Source: a bacterium (GTDB taxonomy: Bacteria > Patescibacteriota > Dojkabacteria > GCA-016699595). Taken from it: 52,697 nt of DNA. A program made the translations under genes and the position numbers. Every line of letters starts with the position of its first letter. The first letter of the stretch is position 1. The notes beneath the pieces are model-generated. The model saw nothing but the letters and a program-made list of their open reading frames with translations. It was not told the DNA's origin and made no database searches. The stretch covers positions 709,118 through 761,814 of the forward strand of contig CP064982.1 in NCBI GenBank assembly GCA_016699595.1, in the 5' to 3' direction. Of this stretch, positions 9,082 through 23,173 are shown piece after piece.

Positions 9082-9966
9082 TTAGAAATTCTCGATTAGT
9101 TTACTTAAGAATTCTCTATACATATCACCGAATTCAGGGTTATTAAGTCCAAATTCGGTGATAGTCTTTAGGTATTCAAATTTATCGCCTGTATCAAAGT
9201 ATTTCCCATTTTCAATAACTACAGTATACAAAGGCACACCTTTTTTGTGGAGTAAGTTTATTGCATCAACCAGCCAAACCTCATCACCTTTGCCTGGTGC
9301 GATATCTCTTAGTGCCTCAAAAATCTCTGGAGGTAGTATATATGCACCATGAGTAGCGATATTTGATGGTGCCAAATTAGGATCTGGTTTCTCGATTATG
9401 TTTAGTATTTCATAAATATTGCTTTCTAAGTTTCTTACTTCAGCAATTCCATACTTTCTTAGGTTTTCTTTCTCAAGAATTTCAACTCCAGAGATGATAA
9501 TGCCTCCGTATTTTTCATATACATTTATCATTTGAGCAAGCCTAGGTGGTTTTGAATAGATGAATTCATCTCCCCAAAGAACTGCAAAAGGTTCGTTCCC
9601 AATGACATGTTCAGCATTCAAAACTGGAGTGCCATTTCCATATTTCCCCTTTTGCCTTATGTATATGAAGTTTGCAAGCTCTGCAATTCGAGTTACATTG
9701 TCAAGATGGTCAAATTTGTGACTACTAATTAGCAAGTTTACAAGCTCTTGTGAAGGAGCATCAAAATGATCTTCAATTGCTCGCTTATTGGCCCCAGTCA
9801 CAATAACTATATCTTCTATTCCCGAAGACACTATTTCTTCTACCACATACTGAATAATTGGTTTATCAATCACAGGCATCATTTCTTTGGGAGATGCTTT
9901 TGTTTGAGGTAGAAATCTTGTACCTAAGCCTGCTGCAGGAATAACTGCTTTTCTAATTTTGTTCAT
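9082..9966 (-). CDS. galU: UTP--glucose-1-phosphate uridylyltransferase
   Basis: KAVIPAAGLGTRFLPQTKASPKEMMP..DKP, KRAIEDHFD, EKP and YFDTG. Confidence 0.95.
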   Translation of the reverse strand: MNKIRKAVIPAAGLGTRFLPQTKASPKEMMPVIDKPIIQYVVEEIVSSGIEDIVIVTGANKRAIEDHFDAPSQELVNLLISSHKFDHLDNVTRIAELANFIYIRQKGKYGNGTPVLNAEHVIGNEPFAVLWGDEFIYSKPPRLAQMINVYEKYGGIIISGVEILEKENLRKYGIAEVRNLESNIYEILNIIEKPDPNLAPSNIATHGAYILPPEIFEALRDIAPGKGDEVWLVDAINLLHKKGVPLYTVVIENGKYFDTGDKFEYLKTITEFGLNNPEFGDMYREFLSKLIENF

Positions 9967-10109
9967 GTATATAAAGTTAGTTTATAAATAATTTATTATT
10001 ACAATATTGCAATGTAGTTTATAAAAAAGAAACACATTAGATTTTAGATAATAAAATAGTTGAGGTCAACTGATATTATGTAAATTTGCATTTGATTTGA
10101 AATAAATAT

Positions 10110-10138
10110 TGCAAAAGGGAATTTGATGAGTTAAAATA
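10110..10138 (+). promoter_or_regulatory. Sigma70-type promoter for tRNA-Asn
   Basis: TTGCAA-17-TAAAAT ending 14 nt upstream of the tRNA. Confidence 0.7.
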
Positions 10139-10152
10139 AATTGCCTTTTCGT

Positions 10153-10223
10153 TGGTCTATGGTGTAACGGTAACACGGCTCCCTGTTAAGGAGTTTTTCT
10201 AGGTTCGAATCCTAGTAGACCAG
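10153..10223 (+). tRNA. tRNA-Asn (anticodon GTT)
   Basis: Acceptor TGGTCTA/TAGACCA plus G73, D arm GTGT/ACAC, anticodon arm GCTCC-CTGTTAA-GGAGT, T arm CTAGG-TTCGAAT-CCTAG. Confidence 0.9.
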
Positions 10224-10482
10224 TTCTACTTGCCTAATTTTACATTTTAGTACTTCCCTAAATTTTTTTAATATATAATTTTGACCGAACTAAACTAGAA
10301 TTCTCTTTGTGAATTATTTTTCTAAAGTATACAAGATGCTTGATTTCGAAAGTTCAAACACAGATTATTCGATTTTGCAGTAGGAAAAACTTGCAGAGGT
10401 AGATGTTTTTGGAGAGTATTATTATCTGAGCTGTGTTGATTATTCTAAAACCCTGAACGGGTAGTATAGGTGAAAGCAGAGT

Positions 10483-10902
10483 TTAATTGAACACAATCTC
10501 AAAATCATACATACCCATTGCACAACTTCCTTTGACAGTTTTGCCAGCAGGTTGGGCTGCAAACTCAAACTCGGTGTCACTAGTTCTGGAAAGTACTTTT
10601 GATGCATCAAGTTCAGGAATTACAACAGAATTCTGGCACCCAAAAGTTGTAGTTGGTGGAAATTTTATCGTGCCCGGGATCCCTGATTTAGCGTATATCT
10701 TCTTTGGTTCATATCCCGCTCCAACGGCTCTAATTTCAAGGGTTTGTTTTTCGTTCTCAACAATTGAGTAGCCAATTGAATCAGTAGTGGCAACCGAATC
10801 TTTGGATAGAAGTGTGAATGTTGCAAGCATTACCAAGAGCATAGCTGAGATGAACATTAAATAAATAATTGTACTTTTTGATAAGTTTGGTAAGGAAAGC
10901 AT
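10483..10902 (-). CDS. Membrane-anchored cupredoxin-domain protein
   Basis: N-terminal TM segment, GYEPKKI...G.P, GCQNSVVIPEL and GSCAMGMY (Cys/Met copper ligands). Confidence 0.8.
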   Translation of the reverse strand: MLSLPNLSKSTIIYLMFISAMLLVMLATFTLLSKDSVATTDSIGYSIVENEKQTLEIRAVGAGYEPKKIYAKSGIPGTIKFPPTTTFGCQNSVVIPELDASKVLSRTSDTEFEFAAQPAGKTVKGSCAMGMYDFEIVFN

Positions 10903-10903
10903 T

Positions 10904-11941
10904 TTAAAAAAATAAATTTTTTGACAAGTAGAATCCGTAAATCGACATAAATATGGTTATAAATCCAGCAGTTTTGAAAAAAACATCTTTGAACTTTGAA
11001 TTTCCAAACATTGCAGAGGTTTTTGATATCAAAAGCAATACAGGTAAAGTTCCTAACCCAAAAATTAGCATAATCATACTACCTTCAAGAAAGGACTTTG
11101 ATTCCAAAGCAATAAGTTGCATACTTTGAGTAAACCCGCAAGGTAAAAAGAAAGTTGTAATTCCAAGAAGAAATGGAACTACAATGTTTGACTTTTCGCT
11201 TAGATTGAAAGTGATTCTTGATAATGATTTTGGCAATCGCGGTTGAAATTTCTTTGTGAAGTTTACTCCAAGTAAATTAAGCCCTAGAACTATCAAAACA
11301 ACTTGAATGGCAATACGAAGCAATATCTCAACTTCCCAACTAAAAGAAACAAAGTTACCGACTAACCCGAAAAGTCCTCCAAGAACGAAGAACCCGAAAA
11401 GTCTTCCTATATGGAAAGTGGAAATTGCAAATTTTTCACTTTTTTTGGCTTTGGTGAAATTTGCAGACATAGATAAGACCAAAGCACCTACTGTGGCAGT
11501 ACAAGTTGATATGCTTGCAACAAGGCCAACTAAAAAGATGTATGGATAACTGATTGTGGAGCTGGATAGGTTGATAAAGTCTAACTTCTGTAACAACAAA
11601 AAAAGAAGAGTGAAGATAAGGGCAAACATAAATGAACTAAAGTAATTTCTAGCTACAGGTTCAAAAGTTTCTTTGTGAGTTTCAGTCACTGTGGCATTCA
11701 ATGCAAAAACTTTGTATTCATCTGACCTCAAAGAAATAGCTTCTTGGATTTGTTTTAGCAACTCTGCTTCAGAGACATTATCTGTACTCCAAACTCGAAC
11801 TTCGTTTGAGTTTAACTTTGCCTTAACTGTCTTTACGACTGGGATTTTTTTGATTGCTTCTTCAAGCCAAAGTTCGCAACTTGCACAATGCATACCCTCA
11901 ATTCTGAACGAATGTAAATTTTGATCTGGCTCTTTGGTCAT
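10904..11941 (-). CDS. HMA domain + DsbD_2/TauE-SafE-like membrane protein
   Basis: IEGMHCASCE (CxxC HMA), SISTCTATVG, FHIGR..GFF.LG, FFLPCGFTQSMQ and FGLGTLP. Likely start is ATG 11941; the ORF track extends to 12031. Confidence 0.85.
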   Translation of the reverse strand: MTKEPDQNLHSFRIEGMHCASCELWLEEAIKKIPVVKTVKAKLNSNEVRVWSTDNVSEAELLKQIQEAISLRSDEYKVFALNATVTETHKETFEPVARNYFSSFMFALIFTLLFLLLQKLDFINLSSSTISYPYIFLVGLVASISTCTATVGALVLSMSANFTKAKKSEKFAISTFHIGRLFGFFVLGGLFGLVGNFVSFSWEVEILLRIAIQVVLIVLGLNLLGVNFTKKFQPRLPKSLSRITFNLSEKSNIVVPFLLGITTFFLPCGFTQSMQLIALESKSFLEGSMIMLIFGLGTLPVLLLISKTSAMFGNSKFKDVFFKTAGFITIFMSIYGFYLSKNLFF

Positions 11942-12209
11942 TTTGTACTTGCCTTGTTTTGTAATAATTAAATTGCTTTTAGATTCTTGCCCTGCGGATT
12001 TATAGTTTAAGTAACAAATCATAGGTGGCAAAAAACCATCTTCTGTTTATAGCATAGGCCCTTGCCTAAATCAATTGCTTCGCTTTGTATTTATTGAGTT
12101 ACAAATCAAAAGGTAGGTCGATTTCGTATAACAAGGTTAAGCAATTCAACAAACTTCGAAAAGCTATCACTCTAAGATAATGGTTTGATATTGTTGAAAC
12201 AAGGATTTT

Positions 12210-12521
12210 ATGTTAAAATTTAGTGTGAATTATAATATTACTAATGACCCTACAAAAGAGATTCAGCTTAGAGAATTGGATGATCAGATATTTGAGTATT
12301 GCAAATTTACAATGCTGGAACCAGAGGATGACTCTTTCAAGGTAAAACAAAGGCTCTTGTACTCCGAGCTCTTATCAAAAACAACCCTTCTTGGTGTAGG
12401 AAAATACTATCTGACAGAAAAGATTGAATTGTTTGAAGATATAATTGTCGATCTTCGTAGAATGCAATACAAGCCAGATCAGATTAGTAAATATTCACGA
12501 GAGAATATAATGAGTGAATAG
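12210..12521 (+). CDS. Hypothetical protein
   Basis: 103 aa ORF with AAGGA SD-like sequence upstream. No recognised family. Confidence 0.55.
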   Translation: MLKFSVNYNITNDPTKEIQLRELDDQIFEYCKFTMLEPEDDSFKVKQRLLYSELLSKTTLLGVGKYYLTEKIELFEDIIVDLRRMQYKPDQISKYSRENIMSE

Positions 12522-12670
12522 CTAGTTATTAACTCTAGCTACACTTAGGCAAGTAAATAAAGGTTCACTTTCACTAATCTAGAGAGTTGTTTGAGTTTTC
12601 AATCTTCTTCATAAACCTACTAAAACCAACTTGAGTAGAAATTTCTTGTGTTTGGTTTATAATCCACATC

Positions 12671-13366
12671 ATGAACGAACTACACTTCATCCAACAACAC
12701 ATTTTAAACTATCTTTCAAGGTGTGAGTCTGCACAATTTTCAGATTTACAAATGGAGAAAATTGAAAGTGAGCATCTGAATTATCACTTAAAAACTCTCG
12801 TAAAATTAAATTTAGTTTCCAAATCTAAGGGTCAATATTTCTTGACAATTGAAGGAAAAAAATTAGTAAACAAAGTTGATAGTGAATCTAAAAAAGAAGA
12901 AGCTCAACCTAAACCTGCAGTAATACTTTCTGTAATCACTGAAGTAAATAGCATAAGAATGGCTTTAGTTTGTCGTAGACTCAAACATCCATATTTTGGT
13001 AAAGTTGGAAGATTAACCGGTAAAATAAAACAAGGTGAATCTATTTATGATACTGCAAGTAGAGAACTCAAAGAAGAAACCAATCTTGAAGCGCAGGAAT
13101 TTATGTTAAGAAGGATATATAGAAAAGTTAGAAATGACGCAAATGGAAATTGTTTGAATGACTCGATATTCTTCGTGATGGAAGTAAAGGGTATAACAGG
13201 TGAATTGAAGACAAATAATGGAGTTCAAGAAAATATTTGGATTACAGAAAAAGATGTCATAAACAAAAACTATGATTTCTTCGGTGATTTTACCTTTGGT
13301 TGGTTCGAAAGTGAAGAGCTTACTTATGCTGAAAATATAGATATCGAAAATAAGGATAGATTTTAA
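12671..13366 (+). CDS. Winged-HTH + NUDIX hydrolase fusion
   Basis: N-terminal wHTH (FSDL..SEHLNYHLKTL..Y.LT.EG) and Nudix box GKIKQGESIYDTASRELKEETNL. Confidence 0.8.
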   Translation: MNELHFIQQHILNYLSRCESAQFSDLQMEKIESEHLNYHLKTLVKLNLVSKSKGQYFLTIEGKKLVNKVDSESKKEEAQPKPAVILSVITEVNSIRMALVCRRLKHPYFGKVGRLTGKIKQGESIYDTASRELKEETNLEAQEFMLRRIYRKVRNDANGNCLNDSIFFVMEVKGITGELKTNNGVQENIWITEKDVINKNYDFFGDFTFGWFESEELTYAENIDIENKDRF

Positions 13367-13592
13367 AACTAGCGAGTCATAAGCAAAGATGTTTAATGCA
13401 ATACATATAACTCAAGCTGTTTCAAGTAGTGATATTCATTTCGAATCTCACGCTGTTGTAAATTCAAGGATATAGAGAATAGCAGGACTACAAAATTGTA
13501 AACTTGGAGATTCAACGATTTGTAAATATTGCCTTTGTATTTGTATATAAATTAATACACTTTAGAAAATGATACTTTTCATGAATTTTCTC

Positions 13593-13620
13593 TTGACATT
13601 AAAATTTTTTATGGTAACAT
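13593..13620 (+). promoter_or_regulatory. Upstream rRNA promoter (P1-like)
   Basis: TTGACA-16-TAACAT with an extended TG and an AT-rich upstream region. Confidence 0.55.
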
Positions 13621-13810
13621 TATTTTGTCAACCAAGTAGTTGAGTCTTTAATTTCGGTTATTCGATTCACTATAACTGAAAGATCTTTGGTTTTTTAGTT
13701 GGGTTGACAACAATTCTAAGCTTTGAAATATTTTCTATTTCTTCAAGCTCATTTCAAAAGGTTCAATTTGTTGATAACATTTGAAATTTCCATAATATAT
13801 ATTTTTATTG

Positions 13811-13839
13811 TTGACATTCTATTTTTAACTTGGTAGAAT
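13811..13839 (+). promoter_or_regulatory. rRNA operon promoter (P2-like)
   Basis: TTGACA-17-TAGAAT with TGn extended -10, about 180 nt upstream of 16S. Confidence 0.8.
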
Positions 13840-14017
13840 GACCCCGTTTTCTGAATTTTTATTCAGAGGCTTTTTAAGAAATTAAACGGTCTCTGCTGTA
13901 GAAATACAGTATTGCTTGAAAGTAGGTAGCCGTAAGGCTGTCTACAAACAAGCGAGTTCTTTGAAAATTTAAAAGTGCTAAAGTTATTCTTTTGAGTAAT
14001 TTGGATTATTTTCCAAT

Positions 14018-15526
<1,509 letters not shown>

Positions 15527-15653
15527 TAAGGAGTTCTGAAAATCTATACACGAAATAGATATTGTTGTACAATTTGCTTGAATTCTCAAGCATCACTCAG
15601 AAGATCTTTAGCACTTTTAAGAATTGAAAGTTATACTGTATGAGGATATTCCA

Positions 15654-15727
15654 GGGCGTGTAGCTCAGGTGGTTAGAGCGCAGTCCTGATAAGACTGAGG
15701 TCCCAGGTTCGAGCCCTGGCACGCCCA
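15654..15727 (+). tRNA. tRNA-Ile (anticodon GAT)
   Basis: GGGCGTG/CACGCCC acceptor and CAGTC-CTGATAA-GACTG anticodon arm. Confidence 0.97.
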
Positions 15728-15742
15728 TTTTGATGATAACTA

Positions 15743-15815
15743 GGGCCCTTAGCTTAGTTGGTAGAGCACCTCATTTGCAATGAGGGGGTCAAGAGTTCGA
15801 ATCTCTTAGGGTCCA
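15743..15815 (+). tRNA. tRNA-Ala (anticodon TGC)
   Basis: GGGCCCT/AGGGTCC acceptor with G3-U70 and CCTCA-TTTGCAA-TGAGG anticodon arm. Confidence 0.97.
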
Positions 15816-15936
15816 TTTCAAAATTTAATAGTTCAAAAAGTTTTTAAGTGCAGTAGAGTTTTCGAATGAGTAAGATGATTTTCTAACTTGTTGGAGAATT
15901 GGGTTGCAATTTATTGCGATTCTTTTGTCTTACTCA

Positions 15937-16052
15937 TTCGGTGACTTTATCGCAGTGGCACCACCTGATCCCATCCCGAACTCAGAAGTGAAACACTGTT
16001 GAGCCGACAATACTTTTTCCTTTGGGATTGTGGAAGATAGGTAGTCGCCGAA
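15937..16052 (+). rRNA. rrf: 5S rRNA (located between 16S and 23S)
   Basis: About 116 nt with terminal helix TTCGGTGAC/GTCGCCGAA and the 5S hallmark CACCTGATCCCATCCCGAACTCAGAAGTGAAA. Confidence 0.95.
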
Positions 16053-16297
16053 TTTCATTCTATAGCATTTGAGTTTCTTGAATGCTATTTATGAAATTTC
16101 GATTTCATAATACGGAGTAGGGTTAATTTCTTTCGAGTGGTTAACCCAATTCCAATGTTCTTTGAAAATTAAATAGAAGGCACAGTTATTACAAAATCTA
16201 GACTAGGATTGAAAAATTCAAAGTTGTGGAATTTGTAATAAATAAAAATTTAATGTTCAATATTTGAATATTATTTTGTTAGGTAATTTTCATCATT

Positions 16298-19352
<3,055 letters not shown>

Positions 19353-19402
19353 AAATGGTGAAATTGCCTGTGCCTTCTATTTAGTTTTCAAAACAAGAAT
19401 TT

Positions 19403-19427
19403 AAATCCCACGAAAGTGGGATTTTTT
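19403..19427 (+). terminator. Intrinsic terminator of rRNA operon
   Basis: AAATCCCAC-GAAA-GTGGGATTT followed by a T run. Confidence 0.85.
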
Positions 19428-19696
19428 GTTGTTTAGAATATATGTGTGACATGAGTTGCTAATAATATCTTTTTATTGAAGAGTTAGTGTATTGACATTC
19501 AAAACTCGGTTATGAAAAGTACCAATCTCTACCAATGTATCTCATTTTTGACTATATGCAAGATTTTTCCAAAGCAATAAACAATCAAATTATTTGTTAC
19601 TATATTAAACAATCAAAACCGCTGCTGGGATTTAGCTCGGCATAATTCCGTTGCACTTTTATAGTTAATGTACTTGCTTCTGCTATAATTCTGCTC

Positions 19697-21352
19697 GTGC
19701 TTTCTCTCTCTTCTATTTCAAAAACCATTTCTTCAAAGCTTCTTTTTGAGAACTTGACTTTTCAGCTTGGCGAAGTTGAAAAAGTTGCCTTGATTGGTAG
19801 AAATGGAATTGGAAAAACTACATTATTTCGACTAATAACCGAAGAAGACAAAGATTATTCAGGAGAAATTTCCAAATCTCGAGATTACAAAATTATCAAA
19901 ACTGAGCAAGAATTCTTTTTAGATCATGAAATTACACCACTTGACTACATTTTGAACTTTGTTCCTAAGTATAGAGAGCTTCACAAAGTTATGAAAGATT
20001 ATGAACTTGATCCAAGTCATGACATGGATGAAATCACAAAATTTTCTGATGCAATCGAAGAGTTTCATTCATTAAATTTTTCTCAAATTGATAATGAAAT
20101 TATCCAAACTCTTGAAAGTTTTGGAATAAATATGGAACAAAGCTTGAATCCAATGATGAAAATGTCTGGTGGAGAAAAAAGATTTGTAGAGCTTTGCAAA
20201 GTGATTTATTCTCAAGCTGATATAGTTTTGATAGATGAACCTACAAATCATATGGATTATGTCGGAAAGGAAAAATTTATTGCATGGCTCAAGTCATTCA
20301 AAAAACTAGTTATAGTAATTACACATGATCGTGATATTTTGCAAGTAGTTGATAAGATTATTGAATTAACTCCTAATGGATCTAAAGTTTTTTCTGGAAA
20401 TTATGACAAGTATATCAAACAAAATTCAATCTCAAATGTTAGTGATATAAATTCATATAAAACTGAACTTGATAAAATTGAACGACTTAAAGAATTGTAT
20501 TTAAATTTCAGAAAGATCAAACAAATGGTTGCAAGTCCAGCAGCAAGAACTTCAGCTGCAAAAAAGGAAGAAAGATATTACCAAGAATACTTAAAAGCAA
20601 AAGCAGAACTCGTTAAACCTGAGTTTTGGATAGATCAAGAGTCGCTTCTTGGTCAATCAAAAAAGGTTTTGGAAGATTATGATAAGTTTAAATCTAAAAG
20701 CATCAACTTCAAATCATTTTTAGTTGAAGATAAGTCATTAAATACTGCAACTTTGATCAAAATTCAAGATTTAACTTTAGGTTTTGGTGAAAGAATATTG
20801 ACTAAAAATTTAAATTTTCAGATATCAATGGGTGATAAAGTCGAAATTCGAGGTAGAAATGGAGCTGGGAAAAGTACTTTTTTGAAATATATTATAAATT
20901 CATATAGTCAAAATAAAATAATTGGTTTTATTTCTGGCAAGATTGAATTACATCCAAAATTGAAAGTTGGAGTTTATGAGCAAGAAATTGATAATTCTGA
21001 GCTTGAATTAACTTTAGCTCAAATTATTCGGAAACTTTATGATAGTGAAAACTTAGCATTTAATGACCAAGAATTATCTAGGGTTTTGGCAAATTATTTG
21101 TTTGATCCAATTTTAGACAAAGGCTTGAAGTTGAAAAGTTGTTCAGGAGGTCAAAAAGCCAGGATTCAACTTATCAAAATGCTCATATCAAATCCCAATA
21201 TACTAATTCTAGATGAACCGACAAACCATTTGGATTTATCAAGCATTGAAGAGTTTGAAAGTATGTTGAAAGATTATCAAGGTGCAGTTTTGTATGTATC
21301 ACATGACAATTACTTCCGGAAAAATATGGGAGGAAAGGTGGTGGAGTTTTAG
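19697..21352 (+). CDS. ABC-F family ATPase
   Basis: Two ABC cassettes (GRNGIGKTT/MSGGE/LIDEPTNH and GRNGAGKST/CSGGQ/LDEPTNHLD) and no TM segments. Confidence 0.92.
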   Translation: MLSLSSISKTISSKLLFENLTFQLGEVEKVALIGRNGIGKTTLFRLITEEDKDYSGEISKSRDYKIIKTEQEFFLDHEITPLDYILNFVPKYRELHKVMKDYELDPSHDMDEITKFSDAIEEFHSLNFSQIDNEIIQTLESFGINMEQSLNPMMKMSGGEKRFVELCKVIYSQADIVLIDEPTNHMDYVGKEKFIAWLKSFKKLVIVITHDRDILQVVDKIIELTPNGSKVFSGNYDKYIKQNSISNVSDINSYKTELDKIERLKELYLNFRKIKQMVASPAARTSAAKKEERYYQEYLKAKAELVKPEFWIDQESLLGQSKKVLEDYDKFKSKSINFKSFLVEDKSLNTATLIKIQDLTLGFGERILTKNLNFQISMGDKVEIRGRNGAGKSTFLKYIINSYSQNKIIGFISGKIELHPKLKVGVYEQEIDNSELELTLAQIIRKLYDSENLAFNDQELSRVLANYLFDPILDKGLKLKSCSGGQKARIQLIKMLISNPNILILDEPTNHLDLSSIEEFESMLKDYQGAVLYVSHDNYFRKNMGGKVVEF

Positions 21353-21629
21353 AGAAATTACTTGAAAAACTACTTGTCAACTCAGGTAGTTAGTAGCAAG
21401 ATTTTTTTACTTACTAATTTTCAAGTTTCTGTTGCAAATACTTTGAATTATTAGATTCAAAAGCAATATCAAGAATTATTTCGGGAGAGGAGATGTTGCA
21501 AAATTTGGCAGAAGATTGCATTCTATACCAGCTATGCTTACGGATCATGCTTATTACTTTAGTTTTTTGGAGGATAGGCAGGTTTTGATGGCAAAAAAGA
21601 TTTGCAAGTATTATTTTGAATTATAATTC

Positions 21630-21658
21630 TTGACATTCATATTAGTCTCTGCTAATAT
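21630..21658 (+). promoter_or_regulatory. Promoter with overlapping palindromic operator (ArsR/SmtB autoregulation)
   Basis: TTGACA-17-TAATAT. The inverted repeat ATATTAG-N6-CTAATAT (21639-21658) overlaps the -10. Confidence 0.75.
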
Positions 21659-21663
21659 ATCTT

Positions 21664-21915
21664 ATGCTCGATTTTACTCAAGCTTTTTCAAATGTGACAA
21701 GGGTCAAGATACTTGCATGCCTGTCAAGCAAAGAGAAAAGTGTGAGTGAGCTTATAGAGAATTGCGAACTTTCACAGTCAGCTGTATCTCAACATTTGAA
21801 AAAGTTGAAAGATGCAGAGCTTGTAACTTCAAAAGTTGTTGGGAAGAAGAGGATTTACAATTTGACAAATCAAAAGCTCGGTCAAGTTGCGAAAGATCTT
21901 TTGAAAATGACATGA
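21664..21915 (+). CDS. ArsR/SmtB-family transcriptional repressor
   Basis: TRVKILACL..KEKSVSEL..LSQSAVSQHLKKLKDAELV......RIY.L. Confidence 0.93.
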   Translation: MLDFTQAFSNVTRVKILACLSSKEKSVSELIENCELSQSAVSQHLKKLKDAELVTSKVVGKKRIYNLTNQKLGQVAKDLLKMT

Positions 21916-21988
21916 AGTTTTGGCAAAGCAAAAGTTGGCAATCAATTTACACATTATTTACAAAGTTTATTCAAACTAAAACAAAACT

Positions 21989-22348
21989 ATGGACACAAAC
22001 ACATCACAAACAAACAAAGTTATGGACCTTTCAGGCAGAGATCAGTTCAATGCTGAGGTTATAAGTAGTGAACTTCCAGTTCTAGTCGATTTTTGGGCAC
22101 CATGGTGTATGCCATGTAGGATGATGGCTCCGATACTAGAACAATTGTCAGAGCAAATGGATGGGAAACTCAAAGTAGCGAAAGTAGATACTGATGAACC
22201 TGAGAATCAAGTCTTGGCGATGGAGTATCAAATACAAAGTATCCCAAACATGAAACTCTTCAAAGGTGGAAAGGTTGTGGGTGAGTTTATTGGGATGAGG
22301 AACTTAGGGATGCTAACTAGTGAGATAAATCAAGTCTTAGGGCAGTGA
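21989..22348 (+). CDS. trxA: Thioredoxin
   Basis: VLVDFWAPWCMPCRMMAP, KVDTD and IQSIP..KLFKGG. Confidence 0.95.
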   Translation: MDTNTSQTNKVMDLSGRDQFNAEVISSELPVLVDFWAPWCMPCRMMAPILEQLSEQMDGKLKVAKVDTDEPENQVLAMEYQIQSIPNMKLFKGGKVVGEFIGMRNLGMLTSEINQVLGQ

Positions 22349-22358
22349 TTGTGACTGT

Positions 22359-23099
22359 CTAGTCCTTGAAGTCAGTCAACCTTAATACTGTAATTGCATT
22401 TAAATATTTTGCATATATTTCGTTGCCAACATTACCATCGTGACACACGATACACATCTCTGCCTTTTTTGCAAAAATGGTGTACTCTTGGATTTGAGGT
22501 TTTGGACGATACAAATGACTAAAAGAGCTTAGACCACCAAAGTTTGGGGCCACTGGATTAGCCTGGTGAATAGCACGAACAAAATCAAGACCACAAGGAT
22601 AATTTCCTAACCATCCTACTAGCTGTAAAAGCATATGCTTATATGCAGTAACTCGTGCAGAAGCTGACTTTCTACTGGCTTCCAGCCTATAAAGGAATTC
22701 ACCTCGTCCGTTCGGTAGGGTTCCAGGTAGTTGAGCAGTGTAGTAGTCAGGCGGTGCTGTCCTTATTTGCAAATGCGGGTGGTTGTGAAAGAATATGAAT
22801 GCTCCATGTTTAGCAAATGTAAGTCCTACATTTTCTAATGTAACATTTGGATCTTGACCTAAAGTCCAACCAATCAAACGAAAGACTTTAGGGTCAGCAT
22901 CTTTGAAATTCCTGTAAAATCTCATCCATGTGGCAATGTTTCTTATGTTTTCATTAGATTGCCACTGCTTGTCACGAATTTCGGGAATCAAACTAATAGC
23001 TCCTAAGCAACGTTGTGCAGTTGGATCTGCTAAAAAGTCTGGAAGGTTATTCACTTTTCTGATTTCGCTCATATCTTTTTTCCTCCTTTCTCCTAGCAA
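22359..23099 (-). CDS. Hypothetical protein (weak JAB/MPN-like HxH..D motif)
   Basis: 246 aa ORF with its own promoter (23174-23202). The start may be the ATG encoding MSEIRK. Confidence 0.6.
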   Translation of the reverse strand: MLGERRKKDMSEIRKVNNLPDFLADPTAQRCLGAISLIPEIRDKQWQSNENIRNIATWMRFYRNFKDADPKVFRLIGWTLGQDPNVTLENVGLTFAKHGAFIFFHNHPHLQIRTAPPDYYTAQLPGTLPNGRGEFLYRLEASRKSASARVTAYKHMLLQLVGWLGNYPCGLDFVRAIHQANPVAPNFGGLSSFSHLYRPKPQIQEYTIFAKKAEMCIVCHDGNVGNEIYAKYLNAITVLRLTDFKD

Positions 23100-23173
23100 A
23101 TTGCTAGAGTTTGGGAAGTATGATGATATATATTTTTGAGCAGCCGTTTGGGGAGCGTTTCTTTATTGTCACG

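Noticed and set aside
10300-10450. Protein-like reading frame interrupted by TAG downstream of tRNA-Asn
   Set aside because: It is short with no recognisable homology or integrase/att signature, so it cannot be supported as a pseudogene.
10428-10450. ACCC-TGAAC-GGGT palindrome resembling a CsoR box
   Set aside because: It lies downstream of the copper genes rather than at their promoter, and the match is weak.
19579-19618. Direct repeat TAAACAATCAAA (two copies, about 27 bp apart)
   Set aside because: Only two low-complexity AT-rich copies. It is not a CRISPR array or iteron set.
21353-21620. Structured AT-rich intergenic region with a 31-codon ORF after GGGAGAGGAG and a tmRNA-like start (GGAGGATAGGCAGGTTTTGATGG)
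   Set aside because: There is no tRNA-like T arm or CCA end and no recognisable family. The hairpins may simply be a terminator, so evidence is too weak.
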